Source: Gammaproteobacteria bacterium
GTDB lineage: Bacteria; Pseudomonadota; Gammaproteobacteria; Natronospirales; REEB76
DNA length: 64,000 nt
Reading direction: 5' to 3'
Assembly (NCBI GenBank): GCA_028870845.1
Contig: JAGWOR010000006.1
Location: forward strand, 12,065 to 76,064
Of this stretch, positions 10,401-17,715 are shown piece after piece. A program made the position numbers and the translations under genes. Within the stretch, counting starts at the first letter, position 1. The number at the start of each line of letters is the position of its first letter. The notes below the pieces were generated by a model. It was not told the DNA's origin, did not search any database, and worked only from the letters and a program-made list of their open reading frames with translations.

Positions 10401-10808
10401 CAGCAGGTAAGCGACAGCTACAAGGTGACGCTCATCAACCATTACTCGGCGTCCGACGGCGACATCTTCCCGTATTTCTTCCGGCAGTACGGACTCGGTC
10501 CGCTGATCGGCACCCGCACCTGGGGCGGGGTACGGGGCATACGTGGTTACTGGCCGCTGCTGGATAACGGTTACATCACCATACCCGAGGGCACGCTTTA
10601 CGGCCTCGACTCCCAGTGGGTCATCGAGAATCACGGCGTGGATCCCGACATCAAGGTGGACGACCTGCCGGAAGACGTGATGCGCGGCCATGACGCGCAG
10701 CTGCACACGGCGGTCAATTACCTGATGCAGAAAATCAAGGCGCATCCACGCACGTTGCCGCCACCACCGCCGCTGATTCCGGCCTATCCGCCACCCGGCC
10801 ATCCCTAA
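7479..10808 (+). CDS. Tricorn protease homolog (beta-propeller plus PDZ plus S41 peptidase), secreted
   Basis: 1109 aa. Signal peptide, RYPTLHGNSVVFEAHGNLW, repeated TolB-like SPDG.WIA(F/Y) blades, and a C-terminal S41-type GYIYLSDM...DDRWNGGG...SASDGDIFP. Confidence 0.85.
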   Translation: MNCRWFSPKWTGLLPMLAMLALLAGTARANDTLMRYPTLHGNSVVFEAHGNLWKVSRSGGEATRLTTDPGFDIMPRYSPDGKWIAFTGQYQGNTDVYIIPADGGNARRLTYHSDVVASAPLRWGPDNMVVSWTPDGKNIVFLSRRTTFNSWFGQLFEVPLSGGLPTQLPIPKGGMLTYSPDGNSIAYNRIFRNFRSWKRYHGGLAQDVWLYDFATKKSTRITDYPGTDSDPMWYGHLIYFLSDRGPEQRKNLWVYDLDNKQFRQVTHFKNYDIDWPSLGDTGIAFQCGGSLYVMDLPSEQLHRISVDVPDDGTRTGRRWVDESKYLQTMDTAGDTNLALSPNGKRALLQARGDIWSLPREHGPSLDLTHTSDAEEEYPSWSPDGKWIAYATDASGEDQLAIRPADGTGSQQILTDFKSGYFYGPSWSPGSDKMAFSDNQHRLWILDVKSRKLTDVAQDKYNEMHDFSWSPDGRWLAYSITAPNQMRQIYLYNLAQGKATLVSSPMDNDMNPVFDPEGQYLYFVSARHENPTFSESEFNIATLKMLGVYVTTLRKDEPSPFAPRNDEGTLSAKKQAQPGEWKPGNSKPIQIDLDGLMGRAVPLPIPAANISGLAATPGQVFYSTVPNQMIDGPLPGTQPELHVYALAKREDKVLGSGFYGWTLSADGSTILYSTPDNKLFTMDAKPDAKPAPLDTSHMWAGINPVQEWNEMYQMTWRLYRDFFVNREMNGVNWNAVRAQYAKLLPLMGSREDLNYLIGQTIGELSNSHTYVGGGDVGYDVHRTPTGLLGVDFGLDRNSGRYYFAKIYPGDNTRENYRSPLTEPGVNVKAGDYLLAVNGHELRAPTNPYSLFVGTTNQDVWLTVADDAGGKNLRRILVRTIPNELDIRLKAWIDHNREEVNRLSDGKVGYIYLSDMEAQGMDQFIRQFYPQLTKQGLIIDDRWNGGGFIDQIVLERLRRILIGMNSNRERVASPIPQQVSDSYKVTLINHYSASDGDIFPYFFRQYGLGPLIGTRTWGGVRGIRGYWPLLDNGYITIPEGTLYGLDSQWVIENHGVDPDIKVDDLPEDVMRGHDAQLHTAVNYLMQKIKAHPRTLPPPPPLIPAYPPPGHP

Positions 10809-10835
10809 CGGAGTACGGCCTATTCAATCTACTTC

Positions 10836-10863
10836 GCGGCGGCCGGCAGGCCGCCGCTTTTTT
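10836..10863 (+). terminator. Rho-independent terminator after the tricorn protease gene
   Basis: GCGGCGGCC-GGCA-GGCCGCCGC (9-bp GC stem) followed by TTTTTT. Confidence 0.7.
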
Positions 10864-10944
10864 AGCGGCAATTGCTAACCACGAGAATCAATTTCAGCCG
10901 CTGCCGCTGAACACCCAATCGGGATAACACGGACTCGAGCTGCA

Positions 10945-11838
10945 TCAGGCGTGGGTTTCCGACAACAGTTGCCCGATCATGCGTTCCGCGCCGCCGAGAT
11001 AGCCACTGCCGAACAAGTTCAGGTGGTTGAGTACGTGATACAGCTGGTACAGCATGCGACGTAAAGCGTATCCCGCATCCAGTGGCCACTCGTGCTCATA
11101 GGCGGCATAAAACTCCGGTGGAAATCCGCCGAACAGCTGCGTCATCGCCACGTCCGCCTCCCGGTCGCCGTAATACACCGATGCATCGAAAATCACCGGT
11201 ACACCGTTTTTCAATACACCCCAGTTGCCGCCCCAGAGGTCGCCATGCAGGAGCGATGGCGCCGGGGTATAACCTTCAAAAAAAACCGGCAGCTTCTCCA
11301 GTAGTCGTGCCCCTGCGGTCTGCAAACTTCCGCGGAAACCGTTTTCTGCCGCCAATTGCAACTGAAACTGCAGGCGATAATCGCGTAAAAAGCTAACCCA
11401 GTTTTCCGAAGGGGCGTTGAATTGTGGCGTGGCGCCGATAAAGTTACTGCGCCACCAGCCAAAATGCTGGCCCGTACAGCGATGCTGGCGAGCCAAGCCG
11501 CTGCCCAGAAGGGACGCCGAGACATCCTTGATCTGACCAAGCTCGAGCCATTCCATTACCAGAAAGGCATCCGTTTCCTGTTCACCGCAGCCCAACACCC
11601 GCGGCACACGCACAGCTCCACAATCCATGAGCGCCTTGAGTCCGTCGGCTTCCGCAGTGAAGATGTCCAGGGCGTCTTTTTGCGTCTTCACAAACCATGC
11701 CGAGTCGCCGCAGGTAACCCGCCAAGTGGTGCCGCCGACACCGTGCCCGAGTGATCGCCATGCACATGGGCCCCGCACGCCGGTATCATGAATTAACGAT
11801 TCAATCGCAGAATGACTGGTACTCACAAGCAATGCCAA
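10945..11838 (-). CDS. Fructosamine/ketosamine-3-kinase family protein
   Basis: 297 aa. Motifs FVKTQKDALDIFTAEADGLKAL and LLHGDLWGGN. Confidence 0.8.
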   Translation of the reverse strand: MALLVSTSHSAIESLIHDTGVRGPCAWRSLGHGVGGTTWRVTCGDSAWFVKTQKDALDIFTAEADGLKALMDCGAVRVPRVLGCGEQETDAFLVMEWLELGQIKDVSASLLGSGLARQHRCTGQHFGWWRSNFIGATPQFNAPSENWVSFLRDYRLQFQLQLAAENGFRGSLQTAGARLLEKLPVFFEGYTPAPSLLHGDLWGGNWGVLKNGVPVIFDASVYYGDREADVAMTQLFGGFPPEFYAAYEHEWPLDAGYALRRMLYQLYHVLNHLNLFGSGYLGGAERMIGQLLSETHA

Positions 11839-11951
11839 TTTGCGGCAGGGCTGTTAACAAGCCTGGCCGTGGACCAGCGGGGATATTCGAAGCAGTTGCC
11901 GGATTCCAGTGGCGGGCGGCCTATGCATGCCGCAATGCAATCATTGCCAAC

Positions 11952-12650
11952 TCAGGCAAGCATTTGCGAGATGCGTTTGTGCAGCGGGCTGGTGCGCGGG
12001 AAATGCGCCAGCAGGAATTCCATCTGGTCAGCAAGGATCCGCCGCCCCTTGAGGAAAATATACTCGGCATGGTTGGGAGTGAATGGCACCGCCAGCAGCT
12101 GCATGCCCGATTCTTCCGGTGTGCGCCCGGCCTTGTGGTTGTTGCAGCGCTTGCAGGCCGCCACCACGTTGTTCCAGGCATCCGTGCCGCCACGACTCAA
12201 TGGCGTCACGTGCTCGCGCGACAATTCACGCGCGGAAAAGCGCTGTCCGCAATACATGCACAAGTTAGCATCACGTTTGAATAAGGTATGGTTGTTGAGC
12301 GGCGGTACGTAATGTTCACGGGCTTTGGCGAGCGCATGATTGTTGCCGTAGGTGGCAATTATGGAATTGACATCGACGCTACTCTGCCGCCCGGTTATCG
12401 CGCAGATGCCGCCGTGCAGCCGGTACAGGAGTGTGCCGCAACTATAGGCAACCTGTTCGAGGTAATACAGCTTGACGGCGTCTTCATAACCGATCCACTC
12501 CAGCGGCATGCCGGCAGCATCGGTGCGCAATACATCTTGAGAAAGGTCGTACACAAAGGCCGCCACTAAAGCATTGCAAGGGGCAAATGTTATTGCAGAA
12601 TTTATCTTAAAAAGCAACGCTAACCCTTTCGGGTTATAGGTTTTACTCAT
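11952..12650 (-). CDS. HNH endonuclease family protein
   Basis: Motif CMYCG...SREHVTPLSRGG.DAWNNVVAACKRCNNHK. I prefer the internal ATG at 12650 (MSKTYNP) to the track start at 12701. Confidence 0.7.
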   Translation of the reverse strand: MSKTYNPKGLALLFKINSAITFAPCNALVAAFVYDLSQDVLRTDAAGMPLEWIGYEDAVKLYYLEQVAYSCGTLLYRLHGGICAITGRQSSVDVNSIIATYGNNHALAKAREHYVPPLNNHTLFKRDANLCMYCGQRFSARELSREHVTPLSRGGTDAWNNVVAACKRCNNHKAGRTPEESGMQLLAVPFTPNHAEYIFLKGRRILADQMEFLLAHFPRTSPLHKRISQMLA

Positions 12651-12763
12651 GTGAAGACTGGCAAAAAACAGGCTGCGCGCATACACTGCACGCGGTCCCA
12701 AGCCTACGCCGGGCCGCGCAGGACGTGGCCGGGCGGCCCTTAGCCCGATTCCAGAGAGACGAC

Positions 12764-13885
12764 ATGGCCATCAAGCTTTTCGTACCCAAAGAACAGGCTG
12801 CCGGTGAGTGCCGGGTGGCCATCTCCCCGGCGGTGGCGGCCAAGCTTAAAGCCCAGGGCGTGGAACTGTACCTGGAAAATGGCGCCGGGCTACAGGCCGG
12901 TTTCCCCGACAGCATGTTTACCGATGCACACTTTGTCAGCGCTACTGAAGGCGCCGCCAGCGCTGATGTGGTATTCAAGGTGCAGGCGCCTGCACCCGCC
13001 AACATCGCGCGCATGCATGCCGGCTCGATTGTCATCGGCCTTCTCAATCCGCATCGCAATCTGGATGCGGTCAAGGCGCTGCGGGACGGCAAGATCACCA
13101 GTTTCTCCATGGAACTAGTGCCGCGCATTTCGCGCGCCCAAGCAATGGATGCCTTGTCATCCCAAGCCGCCGCTGCCGGATACGAAGCAGCACTGATGGC
13201 GGCGGGTAAACTGGCACGCTTTTTCCCCATGCTTACCACCGCTGCCGGCACCATCCGGCCGGCAAGAGTACTGGTGATCGGCGCGGGTGTTGCCGGCCTG
13301 CAGGCAGTCGCCACTGCACGCCGCCTCGGCGCCATGCTGGAAGGTTATGACGTCCGCGCAGCAGCACGTGAACAGGTGGAATCCCTGGGCGCCAAGTTCG
13401 TTGACATAGGCGTTTCCGCCGAAGGCAGCGGCGGCTACGCACGCGAACTCACCGATGAGGAGAAACGCAAGCAACAGGACATCCTGGCCAAACACGTGGC
13501 CCAGGCGGATGTCGTTATCACCACCGCGGCCATTCCCGGACGCTCGGCACCGCGCATCATCAGCCGCAGTATGGTGGAAGCCATGAAACCCGGCGCCGTG
13601 ATTGTGGATCTGGCGGCGGAGTCGGGCGGCAACTGCGAACTCACCAAACCAGGCGAAGATGTCCAGCATCAGCACGTGCATATTTGCGGCCCCACCAACC
13701 TGCCGAGCCTGTTGGCGGAACATGCCAGCGAAATGTATGCGCGCAACCTGCTGAATTTTTTCTCGCCGCTCGTCAAGGACGGCAAGCTAGCAATCGACTG
13801 GAATGACGAAGTCTATGCCAAGAGCGTGCTCACTCACGAAGGTATGGTCAAACACGAAGCCACACTTAAACTCATGAACAGCTAA
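12764..13885 (+). CDS. pntAA: NAD(P) transhydrogenase subunit alpha part 1
   Basis: MAIKLFVPKE start and the Rossmann motif VLVIGAGVAGLQA. Followed by pntAB and pntB. Confidence 0.9.
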   Translation: MAIKLFVPKEQAAGECRVAISPAVAAKLKAQGVELYLENGAGLQAGFPDSMFTDAHFVSATEGAASADVVFKVQAPAPANIARMHAGSIVIGLLNPHRNLDAVKALRDGKITSFSMELVPRISRAQAMDALSSQAAAAGYEAALMAAGKLARFFPMLTTAAGTIRPARVLVIGAGVAGLQAVATARRLGAMLEGYDVRAAAREQVESLGAKFVDIGVSAEGSGGYARELTDEEKRKQQDILAKHVAQADVVITTAAIPGRSAPRIISRSMVEAMKPGAVIVDLAAESGGNCELTKPGEDVQHQHVHICGPTNLPSLLAEHASEMYARNLLNFFSPLVKDGKLAIDWNDEVYAKSVLTHEGMVKHEATLKLMNS

Positions 13886-13898
13886 CCGGAATGCAACC

Positions 13899-14204
13899 AT
13901 GATCGATGGATTTATAGCTTTGTATATCTTCATGCTTGCGGCTTTCACTGGCTACGAAGTGATCTCCCGTGTGCCGGTGATTCTGCATACACCGCTGATG
14001 TCAGGTTCTAATTTCGTGCATGGCATCGTGCTGGTGGGAGCCATGGTGGCGCTGGGAAACGCCCATAACCTGGCGGAACAGGTGATCGGTTTCATCGGCG
14101 TGCTGCTGGCAGCCGGCAACGTGGTGGGCGGATATGTTTCGACCGAACGCATGCTGGCGATGTTCAAGACCAGTCGCGACACCAAGCAAGGGCCGCAGAC
14201 ATGA
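13899..14204 (+). CDS. pntAB: NAD(P) transhydrogenase subunit alpha part 2 (membrane)
   Basis: 101 aa, 3-TM protein (GYEVISRVPVILHTPLMSGSNFVHGIV) between pntAA and pntB. Confidence 0.85.
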   Translation: MIDGFIALYIFMLAAFTGYEVISRVPVILHTPLMSGSNFVHGIVLVGAMVALGNAHNLAEQVIGFIGVLLAAGNVVGGYVSTERMLAMFKTSRDTKQGPQT

Positions 14205-15601
14205 GCGCAGTTCTGCCTTCGTCATTGACAGACATTCTGATCCAGGCGGCCTACTTTGTCGCTGCACTGCTGTTCATCATCGGCTTGAAACGCATGAGTT
14301 CGCCCAAGGGCGCCAAGAACGGCATCGTCTGGGCCGGACTCGGCATGCTCATCGCCGGCCTCATCACTTTCCTGTGGCCCGGAATGCACAATTTTGTGCT
14401 TATCATCGTCGCCATCTTCATCGGTGGCCTGCTGGCGTGGTGGAGCGGACGGCGCGTGCCCATGACTGCCATGCCGCAGATGGTGGCGCTGTACAACGGC
14501 ATGGGCGGCGGCGCAGCAGCGGCCATCGCAGCCGAGGAGTTGGTGCGTGGCGAACCCCTGGCATGGGCACCGGCGATTCTGGCGGTGCTGGGCGCCATCA
14601 TCGGCGCGGTGTCTTTCTCGGGCAGTCTGATCGCTTTCGCCAAGCTTCAGGGCATCATCAATAAATCCCTGCGTTATGGCGCCCAACAGATCGTCAACGC
14701 CCTGGTGCTGCTGGGCACCGTGGCACTCGGCCTGTGGATCGTACTGCTGCACGGTGCCGCGCCTGTGCCCGTGGTCATAGTGTTCTTCGTATTGGCACTG
14801 TTGTTCGGCGTGCTGGTGACGCTGCCGATCGGCGGCGCCGACATGCCGGTGGTCATCTCCCTGTACAACGCCTGCACCGGCCTGGCGGTGGCGTTCGAGG
14901 GTTTCGTGATCGGCAACGCCGCCATGATCATCGCCGGCATGGTGGTGGGCGCGGCCGGCACGCTGCTGACACAGCTCATGGCCAAAGCCATGAACCGTTC
15001 CCTGGCGAATGTGCTGTTCAGCAATTTTGGCGAGACCGCGACCGGCAGTGCGGATGAAGTCACCGGCAGCCTCAAACCCATTGATGCCGCCGATGCCGGC
15101 GTGATGATGGCTTATGCCAATAAGGTCATCATCGTCCCGGGCTATGGCATGGCCGTGGCCCAGGCGCAGCACAAGGTCTGGGAGATGACCCAGTTGCTGC
15201 AAAACCGCGGCGTCACCGTGAAATTCGCCATCCATCCGGTGGCCGGCCGCATGCCCGGCCACATGAACGTGCTGCTGGCGGAAGCCGGCGTGCCCTACGA
15301 CCTGATCGCCGACCTGGAAGACATCAATCCTGAATTCGCCACCGCCGATGTGTCGCTAATCATCGGCGCCAACGACGTGGTGAATCCTGACGCCCGCAGC
15401 AAAACGGACAGCCCCATCTACGGTATGCCCATCTTGAACGCCGACAAATCCCGCAATGTGATCGTCATCAAGCGCGGACAGGGCCGCGGATTTTCAGGCG
15501 TGGAAAACAGCCTGTTCTATATGGACAACACCCGCATGCTGTACGGCGATGGCCAGGCGGCCGTGACGCAGTTGATCCAGAACATTAAAGCCATCGAATA
15601 G
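14201..15601 (+). CDS. pntB: NAD(P) transhydrogenase subunit beta
   Basis: 466 aa. Motifs PGYGMAVAQAQH, HPVAGRMPGHMNVLLAEA and IGANDVVNP. 4-nt overlap with pntAB. Confidence 0.9.
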   Translation: MSAVLPSSLTDILIQAAYFVAALLFIIGLKRMSSPKGAKNGIVWAGLGMLIAGLITFLWPGMHNFVLIIVAIFIGGLLAWWSGRRVPMTAMPQMVALYNGMGGGAAAAIAAEELVRGEPLAWAPAILAVLGAIIGAVSFSGSLIAFAKLQGIINKSLRYGAQQIVNALVLLGTVALGLWIVLLHGAAPVPVVIVFFVLALLFGVLVTLPIGGADMPVVISLYNACTGLAVAFEGFVIGNAAMIIAGMVVGAAGTLLTQLMAKAMNRSLANVLFSNFGETATGSADEVTGSLKPIDAADAGVMMAYANKVIIVPGYGMAVAQAQHKVWEMTQLLQNRGVTVKFAIHPVAGRMPGHMNVLLAEAGVPYDLIADLEDINPEFATADVSLIIGANDVVNPDARSKTDSPIYGMPILNADKSRNVIVIKRGQGRGFSGVENSLFYMDNTRMLYGDGQAAVTQLIQNIKAIE

Positions 15602-15657
15602 CCATACGGACTCCGCGCAACCGCCGTTGCGGGATGCATTCAGGCGAATTCAATTAT

Positions 15658-16200
15658 TTATGGCCGGTATCGCGGCGGATGCTGCGTGCGCCAGCGTTCA
15701 CGGAAACGCTGACGCTCTTCCGGCGTCATGCTGCGCCAGCGCTGGCGTAATTGCTGACGCTCCTCAGGAGACATCTGCTGGAATCTCTTGAATAGCTGGC
15801 GTATGCGTTGCTGTTCCGCAGGCGGCAGCTTCTGGAAAGCCTGGTAACGCTGACGGATCACGTCACGTTGCTGCGGCGTCAACCGGCGCCAACGCTGCAG
15901 TCGCTGACGCGCACGTGCGCGCTGTTCGGGCGTCATCAGCGCCCAGCGGGCGGCGCCGCGCTGCAGTCGCTGCTGGCGTTCAGCAGGCAGAGCTGACCAT
16001 TTGTTCTTGAGCGGGGCGAGTATCTGTTGCTGTTGCGGCGTCAGGCTGGACCAGGGAACCGGGGCGGCCGGAGCAGTGCCGGCAGGGACGTTCGGTACAG
16101 ACGCTGCGGGTGGATCCCCCAGCGCCAGGGGGGTGATCACAATCAGCAGGCTCAACGCCAGAAACTGCGGCCAACGTCGCTTCATGGTTGCAGCCCCCAA
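15658..16200 (-). CDS. DUF3106 domain protein (secreted, Arg/Gln-rich repeats)
   Basis: Signal peptide followed by tandem (R)WR.(M/L)TPE(E/Q)R(Q/A) units. Last gene of the ECF sigma operon. Confidence 0.7.
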   Translation of the reverse strand: MGAATMKRRWPQFLALSLLIVITPLALGDPPAASVPNVPAGTAPAAPVPWSSLTPQQQQILAPLKNKWSALPAERQQRLQRGAARWALMTPEQRARARQRLQRWRRLTPQQRDVIRQRYQAFQKLPPAEQQRIRQLFKRFQQMSPEERQQLRQRWRSMTPEERQRFRERWRTQHPPRYRP

Positions 16201-16448
16201 ACCTCCATTGGCTCATTCGGCGGTTGCTTTACCGATGGCACAGGCTTTGCCGGTTTCTGGGTCTTATTGCGGGAGATATTTTTTGGATCAATGCGCGCGA
16301 ACATCATGGGGTCGACCCCACCGCCGTCGCTACCTTGCCAGCTACCCAGAAACTCCAGCAGTTCAGGATCCACCTTCGGCACAGGAGCGGCAGGTTTATG
16401 GTCGGCGGCATACACCCCGGCGGCCCATAACAGACCCAGCATCAGCAT
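16182..16448 (-). CDS. Small secreted hypothetical protein
   Basis: From the internal Met at 16448: MLMLGLLWAAGVYA signal peptide, then a Pro/Lys-rich region. Its position inside the ECF operon supports it as a gene; the upstream part of the track ORF looks non-coding. Confidence 0.4.
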   Translation of the reverse strand: MLMLGLLWAAGVYAADHKPAAPVPKVDPELLEFLGSWQGSDGGGVDPMMFARIDPKNISRNKTQKPAKPVPSVKQPPNEPMEVWGLQP

Positions 16449-16458
16449 CCAGACTGAT

Positions 16459-16875
16459 TTAGCCACTTTTGTCGTCACCGGGATTGCTAGGCTGGGATTT
16501 TTGCTGCTCTTGGAGCTGAAGCCAGTTGTAAAAATCCAGGTCGGCGTACATGTCCAGATTGTCGTTACCCAGGACAATGGACATATCTTCGTTGTTTGCG
16601 GTAGTGAATGGCAGTACCGGCTGGCTGTTGAGTTTCCACCAAAACATGCCGGTGGCGACCGCTATCAGGATTGCGGCCGTGGCTCCGGCAGGCAAAGCCC
16701 AGGAATGCCTGCGCCAGGCCGGACGCGGCCTGGATAGCGACTCCACCGCCAGCCTGCGGGCATTCTGCAGGCGCGCGATGGCCTCGCGGTCAATATGGCG
16801 CAGGCTGTTCAAGAAAACAGCGCGGCTCTTTTGTTGAAAGGCGGTTTCCGGGTTATTTTGCATACCACTTACCAA
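16459..16875 (-). CDS. Putative anti-sigma/membrane partner of the ECF sigma factor (DUF3619-like)
   Basis: 138 aa with a single TM segment (ALPAGATAAILIAVATGMFWW). Overlaps the sigma gene stop. The call rests on position. Confidence 0.5.
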   Translation of the reverse strand: MVSGMQNNPETAFQQKSRAVFLNSLRHIDREAIARLQNARRLAVESLSRPRPAWRRHSWALPAGATAAILIAVATGMFWWKLNSQPVLPFTTANNEDMSIVLGNDNLDMYADLDFYNWLQLQEQQKSQPSNPGDDKSG

Positions 16876-17381
16876 TGATCCCCCAGGCTCTGCCGCAGGC
16901 TGTGCACGGCCCGCGATAGATGGGTCTTCACACTGCCTTCCGAGCAGCCCATGGACTTTGCCGTCTGGGCAACATCCAGTCCCTCCAATATACGCAATAT
17001 GAAGGCTTCCCGTTGACGCCCCGGCAAGGCCGCCAGCGCTGATTCCAAAGCCTGCATGGCCATCCCCTGGGCCAGTTGTACAGAGGGATCCCGCCCCCCG
17101 GGGTCTGCGGCCGCCTCAATGGGGTCCGGAGGATCGTCATCGGCCTCCCGCTGGCCGCCGAAAAAACTCATGATGCGGTTACGCACCGCCCGGCGGCGCT
17201 GGCAATCGCGGATCCGGCTTTGCAGGATCCGGTAAAATAGCGGCGGCCATTCTTCCCGCGGGCGCTGCGCATAACGCCTGGCCAGCTGCAGCATGGCGTC
17301 CTGGACCGAGTCCAGCGCATCTTCCCGGTGGCGCAGTGCCATTTGCGCGATGCGAAAAGCGCGATGTTCCACGCTGCTCAA
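16869..17381 (-). CDS. ECF (sigma-24 family) RNA polymerase sigma factor
   Basis: 170 aa. Region 2 (ALDSVQDAMLQL...LFYRILQSRIRD) and region 4 HTH (LDVAQTAKSMGCSEGSVKTHLSRA). Confidence 0.85.
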   Translation of the reverse strand: MSSVEHRAFRIAQMALRHREDALDSVQDAMLQLARRYAQRPREEWPPLFYRILQSRIRDCQRRRAVRNRIMSFFGGQREADDDPPDPIEAAADPGGRDPSVQLAQGMAMQALESALAALPGRQREAFILRILEGLDVAQTAKSMGCSEGSVKTHLSRAVHSLRQSLGDHW

Positions 17382-17420
17382 GAATGCATTTAGCTCGGCT
17401 GCTGTATCCAGATATCCCTC

Positions 17421-17448
17421 ATTGTAGACAGCTGAATAGGGCTCACAA
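17421..17448 (-). promoter_or_regulatory. Candidate sigma70-type promoter for the ECF operon (TTGTGA-N16-TACAAT on the minus strand)
   Basis: Read from the reverse complement. The -10 lies about 40 nt upstream of the ATG at 17381. Motif match only. Confidence 0.3.
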
Positions 17449-17668
17449 TCACCCGGCGCCAGTATCAGCCCGATGACCGGATGCCAAAGGTTATCATGCT
17501 GTCCAGCCGCGTGGGCGCGGCTTCAGCCCGCGTGATTCAATTCCAGACAGCCCGCATGCGGGCTTGGGTTATCCAGGATACTGCCTGATGGAAATTCACC
17601 ACGTACAAAAATTACCCAATCCGAAATGCTGCTGCCAAGTCTGCTGGATGCGCCCCGATCCTGACAAT

Positions 17669-17703
17669 ACATCCACAAGCTTATCCACAGAATATGTGGA
17701 TAA
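17669..17703. promoter_or_regulatory. DnaA-box cluster: two perfect boxes in inverted orientation plus one degenerate box
   Basis: TTATCCACA at 17681-17689 and TGTGGATAA at 17695-17703 (a perfect TTATNCACA on each strand, 5-nt spacer). ACATCCACA lies at 17669-17677. All are 13-47 nt upstream of the priA GTG. Confidence 0.55.
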
Positions 17704-17715
17704 AAAAAACAGCCT

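Noticed and set aside
14222-15262. 346-aa minus-strand ORF inside pntB. Similar long antisense ORFs occur at 44196-45158, 45189-46034, 12643-13335, 35904-36689, 7710-8384, 10179-10802 and 43307-43936.
   Set aside because: They lie entirely opposite well-supported genes. They have Arg/Gly/His/Ala-rich low-complexity composition typical of stop-codon-poor shadow frames in high-GC DNA, and none shows a recognisable motif.
15611-15633. Hairpin CGCAAC-CGCC-GTTGCG between pntB and the DUF3106 gene as a bidirectional terminator.
   Set aside because: It has only a 6-bp stem and no U-tract on either strand, which is too weak to call.
17669-17715. The DnaA-box cluster as the chromosomal replication origin.
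   Set aside because: There are only two perfect boxes and one or two degenerate ones. I saw no AT-rich 13-mer unwinding element or GATC clustering, and the flanking genes (ECF operon, priA) are not typical origin neighbours. A regulatory or titration site is more likely.
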